Shown one piece after another: positions 19,950-35,675 of a stretch of 64,000 nt of DNA. The position numbers and the translations under genes were made by a program. The notes beneath the pieces were generated by a model. The model was not told the origin of the DNA. It made no database searches and saw only the letters and a list, made by a program, of their open reading frames with translations. The DNA is from the human T2T-CHM13v2.0 reference genome, Homo sapiens. The stretch lies in assembly GCF_009914755.1 (NCBI RefSeq), contig NC_060927.1. One strand, written 5' to 3'. The first letter of the stretch is position 1. The number at the start of each line of letters is the position of its first letter.

Positions 19950-20086
19950 CAGGTTGAGTGTCCCTAATCTGGATATTGAAAATGCTCCAAAATCTGAAAC
20001 TTTTTGAGCACCTACATGACTCTCAAAGGAAATGCGCATTGGAGCATTTCAGAATTTGGATCTTCAGATTAGGGCTACTCAGCCTG
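19950..20086. mobile_element. Tigger4/MER46-type palindromic MITE
   Basis: TA-caggttgagtgtccctaatctg...cagattagggctactcagcctg-TA inverted termini. Confidence 0.8.
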
Positions 20087-20534
20087 TATTAGCACTTGCA
20101 GTGGATAACATTAAAACCATGTTTGTTCCAGCAGCCTTTTAACATGTGGTGGCTGCTCTTCTCTCTCATTTTGAACATTTGTGTGAATACATGTGTAGAC
20201 AATGCCAGATGTTTCCTTCATATATTATGTAGTTTGTCTTTGGCTAAAAGAGATTTTTAGTCCCAAGTTACATTCAGAATGCTTACCAATATTTAAAAAT
20301 CAGTATTCAGATACTAACAGTAAGTCCAAGTGATGATGTTATGCTTACTATATGTGATAATAACCTATATGATCTTTGATCTCTACAAGTTCAGTAAACC
20401 TGGAAATGACATTGAATGAGGCATTTGCCTATTCCGTCTTCCAAAAGCTAAAGCAAATTTTGACCGAGTACTGAGGCCAAAGCTTAGTTATAGTGTGTTT
20501 TCAATATTTATAGTGTATAAAGTGTTCCTTCATA

Positions 20535-21245
20535 TTAGAAAAAATGGACTAAGGACATGAACAAAATACTCACAGAAGAAATACAAATGGTGAACAAACT
20601 TGAAAAAATGTTAAACTTCAGTAGGTATCAAATTAAATACAGGTACAACGACAGATTATTTTTCTGTTAGTTTGGAAAAAAAACAAAAAAGCTGATAATG
20701 AGTTGGTGAGAATGCCCAGAAAGAGAGTAAATTGTACATACTTTTATTGAAGGGTGGTTTGGCAGCATTTACCAGACATTTAAAATGTATACAGTGGTCC
20801 AGGAATCTGCCCTCCAGAAGTACTCAAATATGTCCTCAAAGATTTATACAAGACTGTAATATAGTTCTAACAGCAAAAAATCAAAATCTAAATGTGATCA
20901 TAAGGGGAGTGGAAAAATGAATGCTGACTCACTATGCAAAGGAATGCCTTATAGTTACTAAAACTAATGTGCTAAGTCAATATGTGCTGTCTCAGAAACA
21001 CAGCTACGGTACATTGTTACAGAAGAAAATGCGAGTTGCAGAATGTCTGTGCGATTTCTATTTAAATAAATAAAATATGGAAGGATGAGGGTCAAACCAT
21101 TAACTGTAGTTGCCTCAAGGTGGAAGGGGGTATTGAGTTGAAGAGAAGGTAGTATTTTTTTACTTTATACATACTTCTGTATTATTTGAATTTATTATAA
21201 TGCACATCTGTTATGTTTTAATTTTATAAAAGATTTAAATAAAAC
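20535..21245 (+). mobile_element. Ancient L1ME 3' fragment
   Basis: aaatggactaaggacatgaac...; AT-rich L1ME-type tail ending in aataaa. Confidence 0.6.
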
Positions 21246-21789
21246 TAGGCTAGACCAAACCATGGAATAAAAGTATTATGAAAGAAACAAAAATTAATTA
21301 TTTCTCTCATTTTAAGACAACTCACAGATAGCCTCCAGTGACTTGGGGAGCGAAAAGAATAACATTAATCAAAGATACAGTGGAACTGCCGGAGGACAGT
21401 GGATCATAGCCTTGAAGAATCCAAGAAATGGCAAAGTGCAGGCCACAAATTCCAATAACAAAATAATTATGTTTAAAAAAACATAATTTTTAAATTATGT
21501 TTACATAATTAGAGGAGAAAAGTGAAAGAATGCTGTTAAAATCACCACCATGTCCCTATCTCTGACTTCCTAGTAATCCTTGAGTAGAGACAGGACAAAC
21601 ATCTATGATGCAATCTATTTATAATGCTAGTGCTGCAAAGGAACACCTGCCTTGTGGAGTGACTGTGCTATATATGGCTGTTGTTGTGTGTATACCTTAT
21701 CTACTTATATTCTTCTAATCATCCATCCATCCATGCAGTAAACATATAGGGTAAGAGGGATACAGAGATGACAGACAGTCCTGTGAGGG

Positions 21790-21866
21790 GAGAAACTTGT
21801 TTAGCACTGGTTCTCCAGTACCTGGAACAGAGTAGGGGCTCAATAAATATTTGTTGAATGAGTGCA
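21790..21866 (+). mobile_element. L2 3' tail
   Basis: cctggaacagagtaggggctcaataaatatttgttgaatgag. Confidence 0.7.
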
Positions 21867-23105
21867 TGGGCTCCCGTCCAGTGAGAAAACAGAAAAGTAA
21901 ACAGACAGCTAAAAGGCAGTACTGGCACACCTCGTTTGACAGTGCTTTTGTGTTTCACATATACTGTTGTTATTGTTTTTTTTTTTTAACAAATTGAAGG
22001 TTAGTAGCAAGCCCGTGTCTGTCAGCCCCATTTTTCCAACAGCGTGTGCTCTTTCATGTCTCTGTGTCACATTTTGGTAATTCTCACAATATTTCAAACT
22101 TTATTATTATATCCTTTATGGTGATCTGTGATCAGTGATCTCTGATGCTACTATTGTAATTGATTTGTAATGGCCTCTAAGTGTTCAAGTGAAAGGAAGA
22201 GTCAAATGTCTCTCACTTTAAATTGAAAGATGGAGATAATTAAGCTTATTGAGGAAAGCATGTCAAAAGCCAAAACAGGCCAAAAGTTAGGCCTCTTGTG
22301 TCAAGCATTAGCCAGTTGTGAATGGAAAGGAAAAGTTCTTAAAGAAAATACAAAGTGCTACTTTGATGAACACAGGAATGATTTAAAAAAAAAAAAAAGC
22401 AACACACCCTTATTGCTGATAGGGATTTAGTGGTCTGGATAGACAGTCAGACCAGCTACAACACTCCCTTAAGCCAAAGCCTAATCCAGCATAAGGCCGT
22501 AACTCTCTGCAATCCTGTGAAGGCCGAGAGGTGAGGAAGCTGCAGAAAAAAAGTTGGAAGCTAGCAGAGGTAGGCTCACAAGGTTTTAAAAAAGAAGCCA
22601 TCTTCCTAACATAAAATTGCAAGGTTGAGGGTGACCAAGGAACAAGGCAGGTGCAAGATGTAGAAGCAGTTGCTGATATAGAAGCTACAGCAAGTTGTCC
22701 AGAAGATCTAGCTAAGATAATTGATGAAGGTGGCTACATTAAACAGATTTTCATTGTAGATGAAACAGCCTTCTGTTGAAAGATACCAATCTAGGACATT
22801 TATAGCTGGAGAGAAATCAATGCCTGGCTACACAGCTTTAAAGGACAGGCTGACTCTCTTAGTAGGGGTCTAATGTAGCTGGTGACTTCAAGTTGAAGCC
22901 AGTGCTCATTTACCATTTCAAAAATCCTAGGACCCTTAAAAACTTGCCTGTGCCTACTCTGCCTGTGCTCTCTGAGTGGAAGAACAAAGCCTGGATGACA
23001 GCACATCTTTTTTAATATGACGTACTGAATATTTTAAGCCCACGGTTGAGACCTACCTCTCAGAAAAAAAAAAAAAAAAAGATTCTTTTCAAAATACTAG
23101 TACTC

Positions 23106-24000
23106 AAAGATCTAATATCCAGAGTCTACAAGGAACTTAAACAAATTTACAAGAAAAAAAATTTAAAAGTGGGCAAAGGACATGAACAGACACTTCTCAA
23201 AAGAAGACATACGTGTGGCCAATAAAAATATGAAAAAAAGCTCAAAATCACTCATTAGAGAAATGCAAATTAAACCACAATGAGATATCATCTCATGCCA
23301 GTCAGAATGTCTATTATTAACAAGTCAAAAAACAACAAATGCTGTCAACATTGCAGAGAAAAAGGAATGCATTTACACTGTGGATGGGAGTATAAATTAG
23401 TTCAACCATTGTGGAAGACAGTGTGATATTTCAGTGACCTAGAGGCAGAAATACCATTTGACCTACCAGTCCCATTACTGGGTGTATACCCAAAGGAAAA
23501 TAAATTATTTTGTTATTAAGATACGTGCACACATATGCTCATTGCAGCACTACTCACAATAGCAAAGACATGGAATCAACCCAAATGCTCATCAATTATA
23601 GACTGGATAAAGAAAATGTGATACATACACACCATAGAATACTGTGCAGCCATAAAAAGGAACAAGATCATGTCCTTTGCATGGACATGGATGGTGTTGG
23701 AAGCCATTATCCTCAGCAAACTAGCACAGAAACAAACCAAACACCACATGTTCTCACTTATAAATGGGAGCTGAATGATGAGAGTACATGGAAACATGGT
23801 GAGGAACAGCACACCCTGGGGCCTGTCAGAGGGGGCAGGGAAGGGGAGCATCAGGAAGAATAACTAATGGATGCTGGGATTAATACCTAGGTGATAGGAT
23901 GATCTGTGCAGCAAACCACCATGGCACGTGTTTATCTGTGTAACAAACATGCACATCCTGCACATGTACCCCTGAACTTAAAAGTTAAAAAAAAATTTTT
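23106..24000 (+). mobile_element. L1 (old L1PA) 3' end nested in Tigger1
   Basis: ORF2 tail and 3' UTR; degenerate TSD aaatacta(g/c)tact at about 23092 and 24001. Confidence 0.9.
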
Positions 24001-24164
24001 AAATACTACTACTGGTTGATAATACACCTGGTCACCCAAGAGCTCTGATAGAGATGTATGAAGAGTTGAATGTTGTTTTCATGCCTGCTAACACAGCATC
24101 CATTCTGAAGGCCATGTATCAAGGATTAATTTCAGCTTTCAATTCTTATTATTTAAGAAAACTA

Positions 24165-24455
24165 GGCAGGGCGTGGTGGCTCATGCCTATAATCCCAGCA
24201 CTTTGGGAGGCCAAGGTAGGTGGATCATGAGGTCAGGAGATCGAGACCTTCCTGGCTAACATGGTGAAACCCCGTAAAAATACAAAAAATTAGCCAGGCA
24301 TGATGGCAGGTGCCTGTAGTTCCAGCTGCTCAGGAGGCTGAGGCAGGAGAATGGCGTGAACCCAGGAGGTGGAGCTTGCAGTGAGCCAAGATCGTGCCAC
24401 TACACTCCAGCCTGGGCAACAGAGCAAGACTCCATCTCAAAAAAAAAAAAAAAAA
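24165..24455 (+). mobile_element. Alu (AluY/Sc-like) nested in Tigger1
   Basis: ggagaatggcgtgaacccagg diagnostic motif and A-tail. Confidence 0.92.
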
Positions 24456-24462
24456 CCTAAAA

Positions 24463-24772
24463 GCCTGGGTGTGGTGACTCATATCTGTAATCCCAGTGCT
24501 TTGGGAGGCTAGGTGGGAGGATCACTTGAGGCCAGGAGTTTGAGACCAGCCTGGGCAACATAGCAAGACCCTTTCTCAACAACAACAACAACAAAAATTA
24601 AAAGTTAGCCAGGCATGACGGTTTGTGTCTGTAGTCCTAACTACTTGGGAGACTGATACAGGAGGATCACTTGAGCCCAGGATCGCGAAGTTACAGTGAA
24701 CTACGATCGTACCACTGCACTCCAGCCTGGGCAACAGAGCAAGACCCTGTCTCTTAAAAAAAAAAGAAAAAA
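24463..24772 (+). mobile_element. AluJ nested in Tigger1
   Basis: ggaggatcacttgagcccagg AluJ-type motifs. Confidence 0.9.
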
Positions 24773-26109
24773 GAATACTATTTCCTAAGGCTATAGTTTC
24801 CATAGATGGCGATTCTCTGATGGATCTGACCAAGGTAAATTGAAAACCTTGTGTAAAGGATTCACCATTCTGTGTGCCATTAAGAACATTTGTGATTCAT
24901 GGGAGGAGGTCAAAATATCCACATTAACCAGAGTTTTGAACAAGTTGATTCCAACTCTCGTGGATGATTTGAGGGTTTCACAACTTTTATTGGAGGAAAT
25001 AACTGCAGATGTAATGGAAATAGCAAGAGAACTAGAATTAGAGTAGTACCTGTAAATGTGACTGAACTGCTATAATCTTATGAACAAACTTGAACAGATG
25101 AAGAGTTGCTTATTATGGGTGAGCAAAGAAAGTGGTTTCCTAAGATGAAATCTACTGGTGAAGATTGTTTGAACACTGAAATGACAACAAAGTTTTTAGA
25201 ATATTACATATAAACTTAGCTGATAAGACAGTGGCAGGATTTAAGAGGCTTGATTCCGATTTTGAAAGAAGTTCTGTAAGTGAAATACTGTCAAACAGCA
25301 ACATCACATGCACAGAGAACTCTTTCCTGAAAGGGAGAGTCGATCGATGCGGCAAACTGTATTGTTGTCTTATTGTAAGAAATTGCCATAGCCACCCCAG
25401 CCTTCAGTAACCTGATCAGTCAGCAGCCATCCACATTAAGGCAAGATCCTCCAACAGTAAAAAGATTACGACTTACTGAAGGCTCAGATGATTGTTAGCA
25501 TTTTTTTAGCAATATTTTTAAGGTATGTACTTTTTTAAGACATAATGCTATTGCACACGTAATAGACTACAGTATAAACACGCACTGGGAAACCAAAAAA
25601 TATGTGTGACTCACTTTATTGTGACATTCACTTTATTGCGGCAGTCTGTAATCAGACCTGTAACATTTCCAAGGTATGCCTGTATTTGCAGTGCAATGAT
25701 AGAGATATGAACAAACAAATCAGAGATGGGACACATAAGACTGCTAGGAAGCCCCTGGAAGACATCCTCAGGGAGGCTATGCTTGAACTAAATGTTGAGA
25801 AATGAGTAGAAGCCTGCCAGGTAAAAAAGTAGAAAAGGTTATCCCAGGCAGAGGAACCAACATAAGCAAACAAACATAATCATAAAAGAGCAGGGCTTAT
25901 TTTTTTATTGCATATTTTAATAACTTGATTCAGGTAATCAGATGTCCCAGAAAATATCCCAAACTTTACAAAATATCTTAAGTTTTAAAAATCCTTATGG
26001 TAATGTCACGTAACTTCCTATCTAACGTCAGATCTGATTCATGTTAAACACGTTTTGCATATGGCAAAGGGCTTTTATTTCAGGTAAATGGTGAAATTGT
26101 TGGTCCTTT

Positions 26110-26345
26110 TATTATTTTTTTAATTTTTATTTATTTATTTTTGAGGTGGGGTCTCACTCTGACACCCAGGCTGGAGTGCAGTGGCACAACCATAGCTCCC
26201 CACAATCTTGAACTCCTGGACTCAAGGGATCCTCCAGAGTAGCTGGGACTATAGGCATGCACCACCACACCCAGCTAATTTTTAAAAATTTATGTAGAGG
26301 CGGGGTCTCGCTATATTGATCAGGTTCATCTTAAACTCCTGGCAT
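26110..26345 (-). mobile_element. Truncated AluJ
   Basis: gggtctcactctgacacccaggctggagtgcagtgg. Confidence 0.85.
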
Positions 26346-26554
26346 CCTCGAGCAGGGCTTATTTAAAAAGCTGAAAGTCATTTATTATGGTTAAAGCATG
26401 AGGGGAGGAGGCTAGAAAGATAAAGTCTGGATCACAGAAGACCTTGGGAGCCATGCTGAGTTTGGATTTTATCTGAAGAGAATGTCTTTAAGAAGACAAT
26501 CAGGTATATATTCTTAAAAGATGCACACAAATACATATTTGTTTTCAATTTGTA

Positions 26555-26745
26555 TATGCTTTACAAGGATTAATTCACTTAATTCTCATAACAAACTATG
26601 AAGTGTAGGTACCATTATTCTCCCCATTTTGCAGTTGAGGAAACTGAGGCACAGTAATTTCCCAAGGTGACCTGACTCCGTGGTGGAACTAAGTTAAAAA
26701 CCCAGACATTCTGGATCCAATGCCCATGCCCTTTTCCACTATGCT
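26555..26745 (-). mobile_element. MIR
   Basis: ccccattttgcagttgaggaaactgaggcacag core. Confidence 0.8.
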
Positions 26746-26969
26746 ATACTATCTTTGTGTTTCTTCAAGATGTGTATGTTTTCTTATGAAAGGGGAATAA
26801 AAAAATTTTTCGTGTAATTTCTTCCATACCACCTACCAACCAAGATAGAATGTTCTTTGGTCTTGCAAATAGAGTCATTCAGCAGTTCAGCAGTCTGCCT
26901 GTCTTTTCTCCATTTCCTCAGGATTCACTTTCCTCTTACCACTTAGCTGCTGCTTATCCCTTTTAGTCT

Positions 26970-29414
<2,445 letters not shown>

Positions 29415-29617
29415 ATCCCTTTTAGTCTTGTTCCCTGTCTCTGTCCTCCCTTTTCTAGGTGGGACTATAAACCCTTTGGCTTCCAGGGTACCCAGTGTAG
29501 CTCCATCCATTAAAGAGGCAAGGTGGGAGTTGTCTGAGCCTTTTTCCTCTAGAATCAAAGGTGCACATACCACAGATCTCAAAAAATGCGAAGAGGTAGA
29601 TTACGCAATATGACAAT

Positions 29618-29930
29618 CTTTTTTTTTTTTTCTGGAAAGACGGTCTCGCTCTTTCGCCCAGCTGGAGTACAGTGGCGCAATCATGGCTCACTGTAATCAC
29701 GACCCCCTGGGCTCCAGTGAACCTCCTACCTCAGCCTCCCAAGAAGCTGGGACCACAGGTACATGCCACCACACCCAGCTGTTTTTTGTTTTTTTTTTTT
29801 TTTTTTTTTTTTTGTAGAGATGGGTTCTCACTGTGTTGCCCAGGCTTGGTCTCAAACTCCTCGGCTCAGGCCATCCTCCTGCCTCAACCTCCCAAAGTGC
29901 TGAGATTACAGGCATGAGCCGCTGTGCCCA
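29618..29930 (-). mobile_element. AluJ
   Basis: Reverse Alu dimer with T-rich linker. Confidence 0.9.
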
Positions 29931-30156
29931 GTTGGTATGACAGTCTTTCACTCGCTTGCAAATAATAGTGATTGTTAGTTGACAGGTATGTACTCTTTGC
30001 TTCTAAATTGTGTAGGGAGACAGAGGTGAGATAGAGGAAGTAGAGGTGAGTAAGAAGAAGGTATGTTCCCCTTCATCAGTGATCTTGCAGTCTTACGCTT
30101 TCATTCAGGTTATTATTTTATGACTGGTATTTTGTTAACAAAAATGCCATGATGCT

Positions 30157-30452
30157 GGCTTGGAGCAGCGGCTCATCCTGTAATCGCACCACTTTTGGAG
30201 GCCAAGGTGGGAGGACACTTGAAGCTAGGAATTTAAGACCAGCCTGGGCAACATCTGCCGTCTCTACCAAAAAAAATAAATCAATAAACTGGACATGCTA
30301 CTGTGTGCCTGTAGTCCCAGCTACTCAAGAAGTTGAGGCAGGAGGATTGCTTGAGCCCAGGGGTCAAGGCTGCAGTGAGCTATGATCCCACCACTGCACT
30401 CCAGCCAGGGCAACAGAGTGAGACCCTGTCTCAAAAAAAAAAAAAAAAAAAA
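30157..30452 (+). mobile_element. AluJ
   Basis: Forward Alu dimer with A-tail. Confidence 0.9.
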
Positions 30453-31359
30453 GACATGATTTTTATTAAACAGATGAGGAAATGTGATTTAGAGGAAAGC
30501 TTTGTATACCTAACTTCCATCTCTATGATATTCTGTTAACCACACTGTAGATCCTATACTTCTGCCTCAGGAAACCTCTAATACATGCCATACTGGTGTT
30601 TGGGAGAATTAAGTACTTGAAGTCATCTAACTCTGTTCTGCATAAGTCTGAACATGCTCCTCTTTTCAAAAGTGTAAATAATTTTTGAACAAAAACAGAA
30701 AATGTGGGAGGCTTTGATTTCAATTTACTTATCTACTGATAAATTTTGTGGCTTTTCTTTAGTAAAAATGAGGAAAACTGACAGATGATAATCTCAAATA
30801 TTAATAAAGATTTGGGAAAATAGTAACAATCTAGAAACCCAAAATGATGGGAAATATTTTCTTCTTGTTAGAGAAATAGGGTACAGTAATTTATGTTTGG
30901 AGCCTGGCTTGGATGGCAGAGTGAAACTGTCTCAACAAAAAAAAAAAATTATTTGGTTGATAACATGTTTTTTTTTTTTATTACCTTTTAGTGTTGCTAA
31001 ATTCATGACTTTTATTTACCATTTATTAAGTTTAACATTCTGCTAAGAAACAGTATTTTCAGACTTTCACATTGAAAAGTCCTCCCTTAATTAAGCATAT
31101 ACAATTTACCATTTTCAGCAGAGATCCATTTTCACAACTAGCTCTTCAGGATTATTCCACTGAGCTGAATCTTTATGTGCAGCATATGAAAAAGTAGTTT
31201 GTAGCCTTTTTCTCCTTTCATGAAATATTAGCTTAAACATCAGCACTGCTACTGGGGGTAATATTCAGAAAATCATAGGGACATGTAAATTGATATGAGA
31301 AGATAGTTACTATGTTGAATAGAATTTTAAGTGAACATCAAATACTAATTGTTAGTGGT

Positions 31360-31667
<308 letters not shown>

Positions 31668-33449
31668 TGATTTTTTTAATTCCTTCATTGTGTATTTTTA
31701 CTTTATCCCTTCATTTTATACTTTAAACAAATTTAAGATTTGTATAACTTCCAAAGATGCATGCATGGTAATGGTCCTCACATCGTTGTTTTTAAAACAA
31801 AAGTTGGAGAGTACCCAAACATCTAAAAACAGGAAATTCGTTCTTAATTCAGGTATTAGAAATGATGAAGTAGATCTACAATTATCTATGTAAAAAGTTA
31901 TTTACCATATCGGTATAAAAATCATAGTTATTTTTTAAAAGATTACAAAAGCAGACTATAAATTAATCCCTTTTTTTTTTTTTACATCATGTGATTAGAA
32001 GTGTAGGAAGAAAACATACCACGATGTTAACAGCAGTTTTCTTTGCGTGGATTTATACACGAGATGGTCTTTACTTTCAACTTCCTGTCTTGCATATTGT
32101 CTGAGGTGGTTTTCTAAATTATTATTAATTACTGTTTTATAGTTAGTGTGTATAATTTTACAGGTGGAAAAAAAATTTTTTAATCAAATTTGAAAACGTA
32201 AAAGAACCTTGAAAGCAATTAAATGTTAAGCATGCAAAAAAAAGTTTGCACAACGCACGCTAATTGTTACCAGCACTCTAACTTGTTTTTAATTGTTTCT
32301 CCTTTTGCCTGTACTGAAATACTATTAACAGTTGATATGACACATTTTCCCACCCCACAGCTTCTTGTTCCCTTTATTCTTCATTTGTTTCCCTCCACCC
32401 CCTTTGAGCTGAAGTGGCAGACCTGTCTTATTCCCAGTGTGTACACTCTGGATGTGGGTACAGTTTGAGGTGGAACATATAAGTCAGTGTTATTCTTCTG
32501 ACATTGAGCCTTACCTTCATCAGTAAGTTAGAATGGATCTTCAATGTGTTTCACTAATATAAGTTCTATTTAATTAAACACCTATCTTGAGTGATACAGA
32601 CTTAAACTATTAAGGATGCCCACGTTTCACCCTACTCTTTGCATTCTAGAATGCCAGGAATCAGAACAAGATTACTTTTTTTGAAGGTAGAGAAATGTGA
32701 CTCAGATTTCACTTTGGCCCCTATTACTCTAATGTCATTACTTAAGCTCAAGTGAAAGGCTACATTTTTAAAAAAGTATCCTGGCCAATTGCCAGATATT
32801 TTGTGTCTGTATTTGGTAGTGCTGGTTTAAATCTTGTTGAATCTTGACTGGACTGGGTGAAATGGTAGAGTTTTCATTTCAACATCTGAGAAAATGAAGA
32901 AGAATCACAAAGAGTAGGCAGAGAGGCAAACGTTTCGAACAAACCCACATACTAAGTAGTCTACTAATTGTGATATAAGTGAATGTAGGAAACTGGCTTC
33001 TCCCTGGAATAATTATTACGAGATTTACACAATTCCAGGAAAACTTAAGCAAGTCTTGTTGAGCAGGCTTTCAAAGGCTTTGTTATCATGAGCTTCAGCA
33101 GATAGGTTAAAAAGTGGTGTTTCTATTATACCTTTCATATTGAGAACATATGACCATGAGTGCCTTACAAGGTTAGTCTCAGGATCTTCCCAAGTTGCCG
33201 GTGGTGTTGGGCCACAGACGTAGTTCCATATTCTCTACTATTTTTTTCCTACCAAACATTAGCTTTTGATGATTTTTCTCATTTTCCCTAGTGGATCCTC
33301 CTTACCTGACTGCTCTAATATACCCAAATTCCCAATACCAAAAATAGGGGAAATATAAATCGGGGAAAGAGTGAAATTAGAGAATTGGAGGGAAAAGAGT
33401 AGAATCTGGGATCTTTAGGAACCTAAGTTACTTTTTTTTTAATTGCTTT

Positions 33450-33641
<192 letters not shown>

Positions 33642-33732
33642 AATTTTTTTAATTAAACGTTGACCCAATCAATATTCTGGATAGAGAGCTATCTCCCAGC
33701 ACCCTGTTAAGTTAAGCACCCTGTTAACTAAC

Positions 33733-33925
33733 AGCACCCTGTTAGTTAAGAGGGTGAACTCTGGCTCCAAGCCCTGCTCCACCCCTTTCTCCACGTTGGG
33801 CAAGAGACTCAGCCTCCTTATGCTCCAATTTCCTCCTGTGTCAGCTCCTTAGAAATCCATGTCATTAACATATTAGAGTTTTAGGACATGGTTAGTCATG
33901 GTGAGTGTTAGCTATTATTAACATC
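33733..33925 (+). mobile_element. MIR with rearranged 5' end
   Basis: gttaagagggtgaactctgg...ttggggcaag...tttcctcctgtg...gtgttagctattatt. Confidence 0.55.
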
Positions 33926-34204
33926 TATTAGTATTTTTGTAATAATGAGCTATGTAGGTTGGATGTTACCAAATTTTGAGGAAGAAGTGGACCATCTCTC
34001 CCCTCTTTTGACTGTCCAGCTCAGACTCTGGCGTCTCCTCAGATAAGGTAATCTGGCAGGAGAATGCCACCTGCCTGTGGTGCTAGCCTAGGGTAAGGAG
34101 TTGTCCAGACCGCCAAACGTCTTCCCAGGAGAGCTCATCAAGAGCCCATGAGTCCCCTGCCCACAGCCCACCTGCATTTTCTCCGTGAAATATCTACTTG
34201 AAGA

Positions 34205-34503
34205 CAGGCATCTCACACCTGTAATCCCAGCACTTTGGGAGGCTGAGGCAGGAGGATAACTTGAGCCCAGGAGTTTGAGACTATCCTGGACAACATAGTG
34301 AGACCCCCAAAATTACAAAAAAAAATTTGAAAATTAGCCAGGTGTTGTTGCACACACCTGTGGTCCCAGCTACTCAGGAGGCTGAGGCAGGAGGAGGATT
34401 GCTTGATCCCAGGAGGTCAAGGCTACACTGAGCTGTGATCATGCCACTGCACTCTAGCCTGAGTGACAGAGCAACACCCTGTCTCAAAAGAAAAAAAAAA
34501 AAA
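34205..34503 (+). mobile_element. AluJ
   Basis: Forward Alu dimer about 300 nt upstream of the terminal exon. Confidence 0.9.
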
Positions 34504-34738
34504 CCAATACGAGGGGAGCAAGGTGAGAAGTATGTGGTGGGTACAGGGAAAGAGAATAAGACTTGTCAAGAAATATGACAAGAGCTATCAGTAAAATACA
34601 GATAGGTGACTCTTGGGGCAGCTGGTGTGAAATGTAGTCTGTCAGCAGCAGGTGACTGGCTCAGCCGCAGCAATGGTGGTCCAGGTTAGAACAGCAGCTT
34701 CTCATCTCCTACCCTCCCACTCCTTGCCAGCTTTCTGA

Positions 34739-34894
<156 letters not shown>

Positions 34895-35640
34895 GGGCCT
34901 GCTGCCTGCCGCCCCGCGGGACCTGTGCAAGCACATTCACCAAGTGCATCGGTAGCCCTGCCCACCCCTCCAGACCTCGGTTCTTATTTTCCTATTTTTA
35001 TTAAATTTGGAACCATTTTGTGATGGTATGTTGTCCATCTTCCCATCCCAGTTCTTCCTGCCCCCCTTCCTCTCTCCCACGCTCTCTTTTATCTCTCATT
35101 TTATTCCCTTGTTGATTTCTGTTAACTTGAAAGATTTGGGATTTTTTCCCACCTCATCATAGATGGGAACTTTTGTTTTCAGTGCAAACAATGTTGGAGC
35201 TGTAATAGTAAGAGCTTTCTTACAAAGCTTTGTATTACTGTGTGGTTTTGTTTTTTTTGTTGTTGTTTATTTGATTTTGATTTTTTTTTCTTTTATGTGA
35301 TCTTTGGGAAAACACATTCAGAATTATATCTCGTTTCTACTTAAATGTAGTGCTTAGGGTTAATTTTTTGTACTGAAGTCTTTATTGGTGGGTGCATGCT
35401 ACTGGGAACAAGTTTTTGTACAAAAGCTTCAATCAGAATCACTGTGCATTACTGAGACTCTGTTTATCACTAGCCTTCTGTCCCTCCCGCAGAAGACTGT
35501 TGGATTGAACAAAATAATATGTATTTTGATTTACTTAAAGTGCTTGTAAATTTCTTAGGGACCTGCCACTTTTGACTGTGGATCAGTTGATGTACACTTG
35601 TATTATTAAAGCACTCAATAAATCACTGTGGCTGATAACT
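34895..35640 (+). other. UBE2E2: 3' UTR of UBE2E2 to the proximal poly(A) site
   Basis: Repeat-free U-rich sequence after the stop, ending at tandem poly(A) signals. Confidence 0.75.
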
Positions 35641-35675
35641 GCACTTCTGGTAACCCGACATTTGCTTTGTGTCCT
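35591..35675 (+). terminator. Proximal polyadenylation signal
   Basis: UGUA motifs at 35591 and 35599, ATTAAA 35605-35610, AATAAA 35617-35622, GU-rich ttgctttgtgt about 40 nt downstream. Confidence 0.8.

Larger units (their letters stand above)
21922..25682 (+). mobile_element. Near full-length Tigger1 DNA transposon (dead transposase) carrying nested L1 and Alu insertions
   Basis: TA-ctggcacacctcg... and ...aaggtatgcctg-TA termini; decayed transposase pieces (cattgtagatgaaacagcc = VDETA; ORF 24840..25046 [20 protein letters not shown]). Confidence 0.92.

Noticed and set aside
33698-33756. Short direct repeats with spacers resembling a CRISPR-like array
   Set aside because: Only three 12-bp units with 5-6 nt spacers in mammalian DNA and no cas genes; better explained as local duplication and inversion
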